Origin: a virus
Length of the DNA: 36,913 nucleotides
IMG/VR virus record: IMGVR_UViG_3300047163_000044
Span: 1-36,913 of that record
Reading direction: 5' to 3' (one strand)
A model generated the notes under the pieces. That model made no database searches. It had not been told where the DNA came from and saw only the letters and a list, made by a program, of their open reading frames with translations. Below are positions 12,631-18,837 of the stretch, piece by piece. Positions within the stretch are counted from its first letter, which is position 1, and the number at the start of each line of letters is the position of its first letter. The position numbers and the translations under genes were made by a program.

Positions 12631-12983
12631 CACTTAGAAAAGCATTGAAAGCGGCGGGATATAAGCCCCTCAGCGAAGGAGAGGAAGCGCTTGCGCGTCA
12701 TATGACGGAATATAACATACCATTTTCCCGTCAATTTAAAATCTGTGATGAACGCAACTGGACATCTGATTTTTACATCAACTGTGAACCGCTCCCGATT
12801 TTAATTGAAGTGGAGGGAGGAACTGCATTTGGCCTTTCCCGCCATTCCAAAGGTGACGGTTATGAGAATGATTGCAGGAAATACAATACGGCAATTTTGC
12901 TGGGTTTTAGATTGCTTCGTTTCACCACAAAACAAGTGAAGTCTGGTCATGCAATTGATATAATTCGGGGGGCGCTAACATGA
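12627..12983 (+). CDS. PD-(D/E)XK endonuclease-like protein (118 aa; DUF559/Vsr-like fold)
   Basis: WTSDFYI...PILIEVEGG...YENDCRKYNTAILLGFRLLRFTTKQV fits a D...E.E...K core followed by the G(w/f).(v/l)lRf tail of this fold. It makes an ATGA overlap with the upstream gene. Confidence 0.6.
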   Translation: MTLRKALKAAGYKPLSEGEEALARHMTEYNIPFSRQFKICDERNWTSDFYINCEPLPILIEVEGGTAFGLSRHSKGDGYENDCRKYNTAILLGFRLLRFTTKQVKSGHAIDIIRGALT

Positions 12984-13372
12984 AACAGCGCATAGACCAT
13001 TTGATGACCGACTTTGTGCATGCGCTTCCTAGCGTATTGACCGGTCACATGCCGTGTGTCGGGGCGCATTGCCGACGAATCAGGTTTGGTGCAGGAACAG
13101 GGATTAAGCCCTACTTTGCCATGTATCCCCTCACCCCCGATGAGCATGACGTTCAAGAAGCCATAGGAGGGGGCGAGTACGAATGCTTCCTGCGGTATTA
13201 TCGGTGCGGGCCGTGGAACAGGAATTACCGCACACCAACTTGCGCAAGCACCCATGATGCACGCATGGCGGTGAAAGGGTTTTTCGAAACCATGACGATA
13301 TGGACGCAGGAGCGATTTATTGAGGCTGGCGGCATTATACCAGAGCAATACCTGATACGGGATGCGGCATGA
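12980..13372 (+). CDS. Hypothetical protein (130 aa)
   Basis: The ORF has ATGA overlaps at both ends. It is Cys/His-containing, with no family recognised. Confidence 0.6.
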   Translation: MKQRIDHLMTDFVHALPSVLTGHMPCVGAHCRRIRFGAGTGIKPYFAMYPLTPDEHDVQEAIGGGEYECFLRYYRCGPWNRNYRTPTCASTHDARMAVKGFFETMTIWTQERFIEAGGIIPEQYLIRDAA

Positions 13373-13533
13373 AACCAAAAACCCAAGGCACAATGCATTG
13401 TCATGAACCGGCAACGCTGGAAAACCATCATCACCACATTTTATATCTGCTAGGAGCAATTAAGCGTTTAGAGCAGCGCCTTGCGAAAATAGAGGGCAGC
13501 ACCAAGATTCACCAAGAAGAGGGAGGGGTTTAA
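13369..13533 (+). CDS. Hypothetical small His-rich protein (54 aa), below the ORF-track cutoff
   Basis: Hand translation gives MKPKTQGTMHCHEPATLENHHHHILYLLGAIKRLEQRLAKIEGSTKIHQEEGGV. It makes an ATGA overlap upstream and a TAATG overlap downstream. Confidence 0.5.
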   Translation: MKPKTQGTMHCHEPATLENHHHHILYLLGAIKRLEQRLAKIEGSTKIHQEEGGV

Positions 13534-14123
13534 TGAGGGTTTTGGTGGCCTGCGAATTTTCAGGGGTTGTGCGTGATGCTTTTATATCCAGAGGTCATCA
13601 TGCCACATCATGTGATATTTTACCATCTGAACTCCCCGGCCCTCATTTAATTGGTGATGTTAGGGGTTATATTGAGAGGATTGCCTATTCTTTTGACATG
13701 ATGATTGCCTTCCCGCCATGCACCCACTTATGCGTGTCCGGTGCACGTTGGTTTAAAGATAAAAAACAGGAACAGAAAGAGGCTATAGCATTTGTTGAAA
13801 CGCTTTGGAATGCAAATATACCCCGTATTGCCATAGAGAACCCCATTGGAGTGCTTTCTACACGTTCCCGGTTAGGCAAGCCCACCCAGATAATTCAGCC
13901 GTGGCAGCATTCGCATTGCGAAACCAAGGCAACATGCTTGTGGCTTAAAAATCTACCGTCGATCTACCCGTCGAACAATGTAAGATCTGATATGCTGACG
14001 TTACCAAAAAACAAGATTAACCGCATTCATCACATGCCGCCAGGGCCTGACCGGGCAAAAGAGCGCTCGCGCACTTATTGGGGGATAGCGCAAGCTTTCG
14101 CGCAACAATGGGGAAACCTATGA
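13533..14123 (+). CDS. Minimal DNA (cytosine-5) methyltransferase-like protein (196 aa) with no obvious target-recognition domain
   Basis: VLVACEFSG is motif I-like, IAFPPCTHLCVSG is motif IV (PC)-like, and RIAIENP is motif VI (ENV)-like. The C-terminal block is RSRTYWGIAQAFAQQWG. At about 200 aa it is far shorter than canonical C5 methyltransferases. Confidence 0.65.
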   Translation: MRVLVACEFSGVVRDAFISRGHHATSCDILPSELPGPHLIGDVRGYIERIAYSFDMMIAFPPCTHLCVSGARWFKDKKQEQKEAIAFVETLWNANIPRIAIENPIGVLSTRSRLGKPTQIIQPWQHSHCETKATCLWLKNLPSIYPSNNVRSDMLTLPKNKINRIHHMPPGPDRAKERSRTYWGIAQAFAQQWGNL

Positions 14124-14362
14124 CAACAAAGAAAAGGGAACCGATGGTAATAACCTGGGGTCAGCGCATGCAAATCGCCAGCATGCTTAAATCTTATAAG
14201 GATATGCTTGATGCATTCCCGGATCAAGATGAACTACGCGAGGGACATACTAATCTTGAGCGCGTTGAATTGATAAATGCCGAATACTATAACGCTGAAT
14301 ATTTGCATGACATTTTAATAGGGAAAATCGATGCGCCGATACACCAAGAAAACATTAGGTGA
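14120..14362 (+). CDS. Hypothetical protein (80 aa)
   Basis: The start is taken at ATG 14120 (ATGA overlap with the methyltransferase-like gene stop) rather than the track start at 14078. Confidence 0.55.
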   Translation: MTTKKREPMVITWGQRMQIASMLKSYKDMLDAFPDQDELREGHTNLERVELINAEYYNAEYLHDILIGKIDAPIHQENIR

Positions 14363-14507
14363 GCCTAAATTTATTGCGGTGACAACTGGCGTTACTGCTA
14401 GTATTTCCCGCGCATTACTGCATAAATTTTCGGAAAAATGTAAGCAGGAGAAAAAGACGCAATCCTGTGTAATTCGTGAGCTTATAGAGAAATGGATAGA
14501 AGCATGA
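14331..14507 (+). CDS. Ribbon-helix-helix (Arc/CopG-like) DNA-binding protein (58 aa), below the ORF-track cutoff
   Basis: Hand translation gives MRRYTKKTLGEPKFIAVTTGVTASISRALLHKFSEKCKQEKKTQSCVIRELIEKWIEA, a beta-strand followed by two helices. It overlaps the previous ORF by 32 nt. Confidence 0.45.
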   Translation: MRRYTKKTLGEPKFIAVTTGVTASISRALLHKFSEKCKQEKKTQSCVIRELIEKWIEA

Positions 14508-14632
14508 TTGAACTTATAACCCTCCAATCCATAGCCCTAATAGCCATGTATACTGCAGGCTATTCCCATGGATGGTATTTGCACGCGCAACCGCGAGACA
14601 AGCGCGGAAGGTTTATAAAAAGTAACAAATAA
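14504..14632 (+). CDS. Possible small membrane peptide (42 aa)
   Basis: It makes an ATGA overlap with the RHH gene stop. The sequence is MIELITLQSIALIAMYTAGYSHGWYLHAQPRDKRGRFIKSNK. Confidence 0.3.
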   Translation: MIELITLQSIALIAMYTAGYSHGWYLHAQPRDKRGRFIKSNK

Positions 14633-14636
14633 ATTA

Positions 14637-14665
14637 TTGACTGCATTTTACAAGTTTCCTATAAA
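14637..14665 (+). promoter_or_regulatory. Near-consensus sigma70-type promoter (-35 TTGACT, 17-nt spacer, -10 TATAAA)
   Basis: TTGACTgcattttacaagtttccTATAAA lies in the 218-nt intergenic gap upstream of the replication genes. Confidence 0.5.
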
Positions 14666-14717
14666 AAAATTGTGGGGCTTGATGGGGCTTATAATCCCGT
14701 GACAAGCCCGCTCCCTT

Positions 14718-14787
14718 CTATCCTATCCCGGAACAGAATCAGGGCCGCCCCACTTAAAAACAACGGGATAGATGGCGTGGGGATAGG
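14718..14787. repeat. Inverted iteron-like GGATAG/CTATCC repeats (two copies per arm)
   Basis: The left arm is CTATCCTATCCCG (14718-14730). The right arm is CGGGATAGatggcgtgGGGATAGG (14764-14787). A GGGGCTT direct repeat at 14674-14690 precedes them. Confidence 0.6.
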
Positions 14788-14850
14788 TATTTAAATGTTA
14801 ACTGCCGAAACTCTCCGTAAACTCACATCTCGAAATATGACACTAAAAGA

Positions 14851-15471
14851 GTGGATGGCAACATGGGAGTGATTGCCACAGCATTAAAGCATCTAATCGC
14901 TGCTGGTGTGTCAGGTGATGCGCTTATTACTGCTATTGCCGATATTGAACTTTCACAAAAAGCGGTAAAATCAACGAATGCGGAGCGCCAGAAGCGTTAT
15001 CGTGAAAGAAAAGCGTTGCAAAATAACGTAACGTTGCGTAACGCCGTAACAAACATAACAGAAAATGCATCGCATATAGAGAACGCGCGCGCGCCAGATA
15101 GTCTGTTCCTTCCTTCGGAAGTAATATTAAGTAAGAAAGAAAGTAAGAAAGAAAGTAAGATTACAGCATCTCGCTTTTCGCTCGACGCCCTACCTAGCGA
15201 ATGGGAATCATTTTGCAGGGTGAAACGGCCTGACCTTGACCCTCAAAACACTTTTGACGCCTTCCGCGACTGGTGGACTGCTGCTCCTGGCGGCAAGGGC
15301 TTGAAAGCTGACTGGGCCGCCACTTGGCGAAACTGGGTAAGAAATCAAAAATATCACAACGGAAATCCATATGAATATCGAAAAATACCCGATAAACATC
15401 AACAAATACTGGACGCAGCAGCCGAAGCGCTCCGAGATCATCGCGCCGCTGCGGGGGAATACTCAGGCTGA
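14851..15471 (+). CDS. Putative replication organiser/initiator (206 aa). The function is tentative.
   Basis: It lies upstream of a loader-like gene. Repeat clusters and an AT-rich tandem repeat sit in the middle of the gene (15023-15161). The C-terminal block is FDAFRDWWTAAPGGKGLKADWAATWRNWVRN. The start (GTG 14851 or ATG 14863) is uncertain. Confidence 0.55.
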   Translation: MDGNMGVIATALKHLIAAGVSGDALITAIADIELSQKAVKSTNAERQKRYRERKALQNNVTLRNAVTNITENASHIENARAPDSLFLPSEVILSKKESKKESKITASRFSLDALPSEWESFCRVKRPDLDPQNTFDAFRDWWTAAPGGKGLKADWAATWRNWVRNQKYHNGNPYEYRKIPDKHQQILDAAAEALRDHRAAAGEYSG

Positions 15472-15805
15472 AAATGAAGTTGCTGCATACACCACGCAAT
15501 GCTACGAAACGCTGAGAGTTTATGGCAAAGAGCCTGGACAAATCAAAACCATAATCCGTACATTTTTGATGCTGCTTTCGGACTATCCACTCATTCGCGT
15601 CCGCGCTGCTTTTTTGGCATGGATGAAAACTCATAATGAAATGCCGGCGCCTGCCGATATAATTGGTATTATCGATGGCGCGGATGATGAATGGAAGTTT
15701 GTTTTTTCCTGCCTGGATCAGATAAAATCTGGTGGAAATGTGGCCGAAGTTGTTTGGCCTCGCATGGAAAAGGCTTTGGGTAAAAACTGGAGGGATTATG
15801 TCTGA
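15371..15805 (+). CDS. Possible replicative-helicase loader (G39P-like). The start is uncertain.
   Basis: LMLLSDYPLIRVRAAFLAWMKTHNEMPAPADIIGII resembles, from memory, the W...L.dy....v..Al.......fPP.paeI block of SPP1 G39P-type loaders. The ATG at 15371 would overlap the upstream gene by 101 nt. The alternative is TTG/ATG near 15566. Confidence 0.45.
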   Translation: MNIEKYPININKYWTQQPKRSEIIAPLRGNTQAENEVAAYTTQCYETLRVYGKEPGQIKTIIRTFLMLLSDYPLIRVRAAFLAWMKTHNEMPAPADIIGIIDGADDEWKFVFSCLDQIKSGGNVAEVVWPRMEKALGKNWRDYV

Positions 15806-16010
15806 AGAATTGCATTTCGGCCATCAGAAAAACCATCATATTTGCAGTTGCAGCAGGCATTATGGATGTGGCGAATGGACGCCTGAAAAACGGGCAGCGA
15901 TGAACAAGCGCATGGTGGAAAAGTTATGGAATTACGCCACTCCATTTCAAAAGGCTTTTGTGGCAGATTGGGAGCGCTGGCATGGGTCTATTACGCTTGA
16001 AGTAAAATAA
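15798..16010 (+). CDS. Hypothetical protein (70 aa), Cys/His-containing
   Basis: The start is taken at ATG 15798, after ggaggg, with an 8-nt overlap with the upstream stop. It contains HHICSCSRHYGC. Confidence 0.55.
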   Translation: MSEELHFGHQKNHHICSCSRHYGCGEWTPEKRAAMNKRMVEKLWNYATPFQKAFVADWERWHGSITLEVK

Positions 16011-16049
16011 TTATATGATATTGATTAAACATAATAAAAAGGGGATAAA

Positions 16050-16574
16050 ATGAACCGGCTTAACAGCGAAGGCCATGACGAAAGCCAATATTTGCCTCTT
16101 GGCACACCGCCAGTGAACGCCTTTCGAGCGCAGCACGGAACGGTAAAATGGGAGGGGACTAGCTGCAAAGCAATCTCATGGATGCCGGATAAACTTTATG
16201 ATTTAAAAATCATCGATAAGCATCACCTAGACACTGCATCCAGTTTTTTAACCGCAAAAATACACACGCAAAAAGTGCTTGGAATTGCCGATATCAGGGG
16301 GATACTGCATGATAAACCTGATGCTCTATCCGCTCCCCGTGGAGATGTATTTTTTGCCTTATTGAAGCAATTATGCAAACCAGAGCTTAATATGCTTTTA
16401 TGGGTCACATGCGATGACCGCAATCATGGGAATATCCCCCTCGCCTGCCAATTAATAGGAACGATAAAACACGCATTAGAAAACGCTCAAAAAATTATTG
16501 ACAATTTATACGGCATTTGCGAAACTACGAAATCGCCTGCGCCCGAAATGCGCCCAGAATTTAAAAACATATGA
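16050..16574 (+). CDS. Hypothetical protein (174 aa) immediately upstream of the terminase genes
   Basis: SD aaagggga is present. It makes an ATGA overlap with terS. No family was recognised. Confidence 0.65.
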   Translation: MNRLNSEGHDESQYLPLGTPPVNAFRAQHGTVKWEGTSCKAISWMPDKLYDLKIIDKHHLDTASSFLTAKIHTQKVLGIADIRGILHDKPDALSAPRGDVFFALLKQLCKPELNMLLWVTCDDRNHGNIPLACQLIGTIKHALENAQKIIDNLYGICETTKSPAPEMRPEFKNI

Positions 16575-16942
16575 CGGAATACTCCGAATCTTTGGCCAAT
16601 AAAATATGCCATAGAGTATCACAAGGCCGCACAATCAGGTCTATATGCGCTGAGTTAAATGTTTCACACACAGCGATTTACAAGTGGTTGGCAGAAGAGG
16701 ATAAAAAAGACTTCGCTGAACACTACACGAAGGCTAGAGACATACAAGCAGATGTATATGCTGATGATATTATAGATATAGCTGACCAAGCCACGGATGC
16801 GGGTCTTGCAAGAGTCAGAATAGACGTGAGAAAATGGCATGCAGGCAAAACAAAGCCAAAGAAATACGGGGACAAGCAATTGGGTGATGCTGATAATCCT
16901 ATGAATATTATAGGTAGTATAAAGTGGCAGGGCGACGTGTAG
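16571..16942 (+). CDS. terS: Terminase small subunit (123 aa)
   Basis: An N-terminal HTH (RTIRSICAELNVSHTAIYKWL) is followed by YTKARDIQADVYADDIIDIAD...RIDVRKWHAGKTKPKKYGDK, which is typical of small terminase subunits. It lies directly upstream of terL. Confidence 0.8.
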   Translation: MTEYSESLANKICHRVSQGRTIRSICAELNVSHTAIYKWLAEEDKKDFAEHYTKARDIQADVYADDIIDIADQATDAGLARVRIDVRKWHAGKTKPKKYGDKQLGDADNPMNIIGSIKWQGDV

Positions 16943-18216
16943 ACATAGTAATCCCTTATATTCCGCGCCCTCTACAGCGCCAGATACACAACAGCCTCAA
17001 ACGATTTAATATACTGGTATGCCACAGGCGGTTTGGCAAAACAGTTTGCGCGATTAATGAGATAATCAAGTCGGCATCGCGTTGCCCGCACGAAAACCCG
17101 CGCTTTGCTTATATTGCGCCGTTTTTTAATCAGGCCAAAACAGTTGCATGGGATTATGCCAAGTACTTCACCTCTGTTATTCCTGGGGTTAAGGTAAATG
17201 AGTCTGAGCTGAGGATTGACCTCCCAGGGGGGGCTCGCATATCGCTATATGGCGCGGATAATCCTGACAGGCTGCGTGGGATGTATCTGGACGGTGTTGT
17301 GCTTGACGAGTACGCCGATATGTCGCCGCGCCTGTGGTCTGCTGTTATAAGACCAGCGCTCTCTGATAGACAGGGATGGGCATTGTTTATAGGCACGCCT
17401 AAGGGGCGGAATCAGTTTTGGGAGATATACGACCAGGCCAGCCGCGATAATGACTGGTATGCGGCAATATTTAAAGCAAGCCAAACTGGTATACTATCGC
17501 CAGATGAGCTGAGTGGCGCTCGCAAGCATATGAGTGACGACCAATATGAGCAGGAGTTTGAGTGCTCATGGCAGGCCGCTTTAATCGGAGCTTATTACGG
17601 ACGCGAGATAAATACGCTTGAGACTAAGGGGCGCATAACGATGGTGCCTCATGAGCCATCGTTGCCGGTTTATACCGCCTGGGATTTGGGTGTTGATGAT
17701 GCGACTGCAATATGGTTTGCACAGACAGTTGGGCCCGAGGTGCGAGTCATTGATTACTATGAGAATTCCGGTTGCGGTTTGGAGCATTACGCCAAGCTGA
17801 TTAAATCCAAGCCTTATGTGTATAAAGAGCATTTTCTGCCTCATGATATTAAGGTGGTAGAGTATGGGACTGGACGCAGCAGGCTTGAGACTTTGCAAGG
17901 GTATGGCCTTACTGCTACAACCCTTCCCAATGAACGTATAGAGGACGGTATAAACGCTTCGAGGCTTTTGTTGCAAAAATGCTGGTTTGATTTGGATGCT
18001 ACCAAGCGTGGAGTGGAGTGTTTAAGGCAGTATCAACGCGAATTTGACGATAAGCTCAAGACCTTTAAAAACAGGCCTAGGCATGACTTTTCCAGCCATG
18101 CTGCGGATGCATTTAGGTATTTGGCTATGGGATTGCCAGCGGCTACAGCACCAGTGCAGACTTATAGAGACTCTCAGTTTTTTAGCTCAAGTCCGACATC
18201 ATGGATGGGTCGATGA
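16924..18216 (+). CDS. terL: Terminase large subunit (430 aa)
   Basis: CHRRFGKTV is Walker A-like and GVVLDEYADM is Walker B. The C-terminal nuclease region includes YTAWDLGVDDATAIWF, FLPHD and SSHAADAFRYLA. The GTG start overlaps terS by 19 nt. Confidence 0.93.
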   Translation: MAGRRVDIVIPYIPRPLQRQIHNSLKRFNILVCHRRFGKTVCAINEIIKSASRCPHENPRFAYIAPFFNQAKTVAWDYAKYFTSVIPGVKVNESELRIDLPGGARISLYGADNPDRLRGMYLDGVVLDEYADMSPRLWSAVIRPALSDRQGWALFIGTPKGRNQFWEIYDQASRDNDWYAAIFKASQTGILSPDELSGARKHMSDDQYEQEFECSWQAALIGAYYGREINTLETKGRITMVPHEPSLPVYTAWDLGVDDATAIWFAQTVGPEVRVIDYYENSGCGLEHYAKLIKSKPYVYKEHFLPHDIKVVEYGTGRSRLETLQGYGLTATTLPNERIEDGINASRLLLQKCWFDLDATKRGVECLRQYQREFDDKLKTFKNRPRHDFSSHAADAFRYLAMGLPAATAPVQTYRDSQFFSSSPTSWMGR

Positions 18217-18395
18217 AAATTTTGGAATATATTTTCCTGCCGCCTTTAAAGCCGGAAACGCATGAGAAAGTATACGTTAACGGACACCATATATATACAA
18301 AGTCGAATTGGACATATACCGATTGTAGATTTAATGATAAACATGTGATGCGGCGAAATTTCTGGCGCAAAGTAATGCGATTGGTGGGATTGTGA
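18213..18395 (+). CDS. Hypothetical protein (60 aa)
   Basis: The start is taken at ATG 18213 (ATGA overlap with the terL stop) rather than the track start at 18201. Confidence 0.5.
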   Translation: MKILEYIFLPPLKPETHEKVYVNGHHIYTKSNWTYTDCRFNDKHVMRRNFWRKVMRLVGL

Positions 18396-18586
18396 TTGAC
18401 CTTTTAAAGATATGCCAGGTAGAGACGCCTAGGAAATATGGCGCTCCTCAACGCGACTTCGATGCCTTAGGAAAGGCTATGTATAAGGCGTGGTTTGAGC
18501 ATGAGGGCAACCGCCATCACTTTACACAAGCGGAAATCCATGATCTGATTTTATGGATGCGCACCAAAATCAAGGATGAACTATAG
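18392..18586 (+). CDS. Hypothetical protein (64 aa)
   Basis: The GTG start makes a GTGA overlap with the previous stop. Confidence 0.5.
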   Translation: MIDLLKICQVETPRKYGAPQRDFDALGKAMYKAWFEHEGNRHHFTQAEIHDLILWMRTKIKDEL

Positions 18587-18612
18587 TTTATTGTTAATGC
18601 GATAGAGCTCGG

Positions 18613-18643
18613 TTGCAATAATGCAGAGCAGTATTGTTATAAT
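18613..18643 (+). promoter_or_regulatory. Candidate promoter upstream of the portal gene (-35 TTGCAA, 19-nt spacer, -10 TATAAT)
   Basis: TTGCAAtaatgcagagcagtattgtTATAAT has a perfect -10 box, but the spacer is long. Confidence 0.3.
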
Positions 18644-18652
18644 GATCATCGT

Positions 18653-18793
18653 TCACCCATTGCGGCTAAAGCTTTTCCTGCATTTATCGCAGCAGAATTT
18701 TGCGTCTTTTCGGGCATAAAACTCCTTTCCGCATGTTTTACATGTGATTAACTCGCCTTTTAAAGGCCTTTCGCAATGAGGGCATTGTTTCAT
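18653..18793 (-). CDS. Antisense-oriented zinc-ribbon protein (46 aa), below the ORF-track cutoff
   Basis: Checked codon by codon: MKQCPHCERPLKGELITCKTCGKEFYARKDAKFCCDKCRKSFSRNG. It has CxxC...CxxC plus the (F/Y)C(S/C)xxCR tail common in small phage zinc-ribbon proteins. The + strand is non-coding here. Confidence 0.5.
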   Translation of the reverse strand: MKQCPHCERPLKGELITCKTCGKEFYARKDAKFCCDKCRKSFSRNG

Positions 18794-18837
18794 ATGTCCG
18801 AATTTTACCGCAAAAATATCGGACAGGCAAGCAGTAT

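Noticed and set aside
12947-13459. A 170-aa ORF on the - strand, antisense to 12980..13533.
   Set aside because: The + strand has a chain of genes coupled by ATGA/TAATG overlaps. The antisense product has odd composition and no start context.
14795-14872. A 25-aa mini-ORF (MLTAETLRKLTSRNMTLKEWMATWE) that might be the frameshifted true N-terminus of the 206-aa organiser.
   Set aside because: This is plausible but unsupported. It would require a sequencing error or a programmed shift, and no slippery site was seen. It is recorded only as a caveat on the start of 14851..15471.
15084-15094. The alternating CGCGCGCGCGC run as an independent Z-DNA or regulatory element.
   Set aside because: It is short (11 nt) and lies within coding sequence. 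It is mentioned only as part of the candidate origin region.
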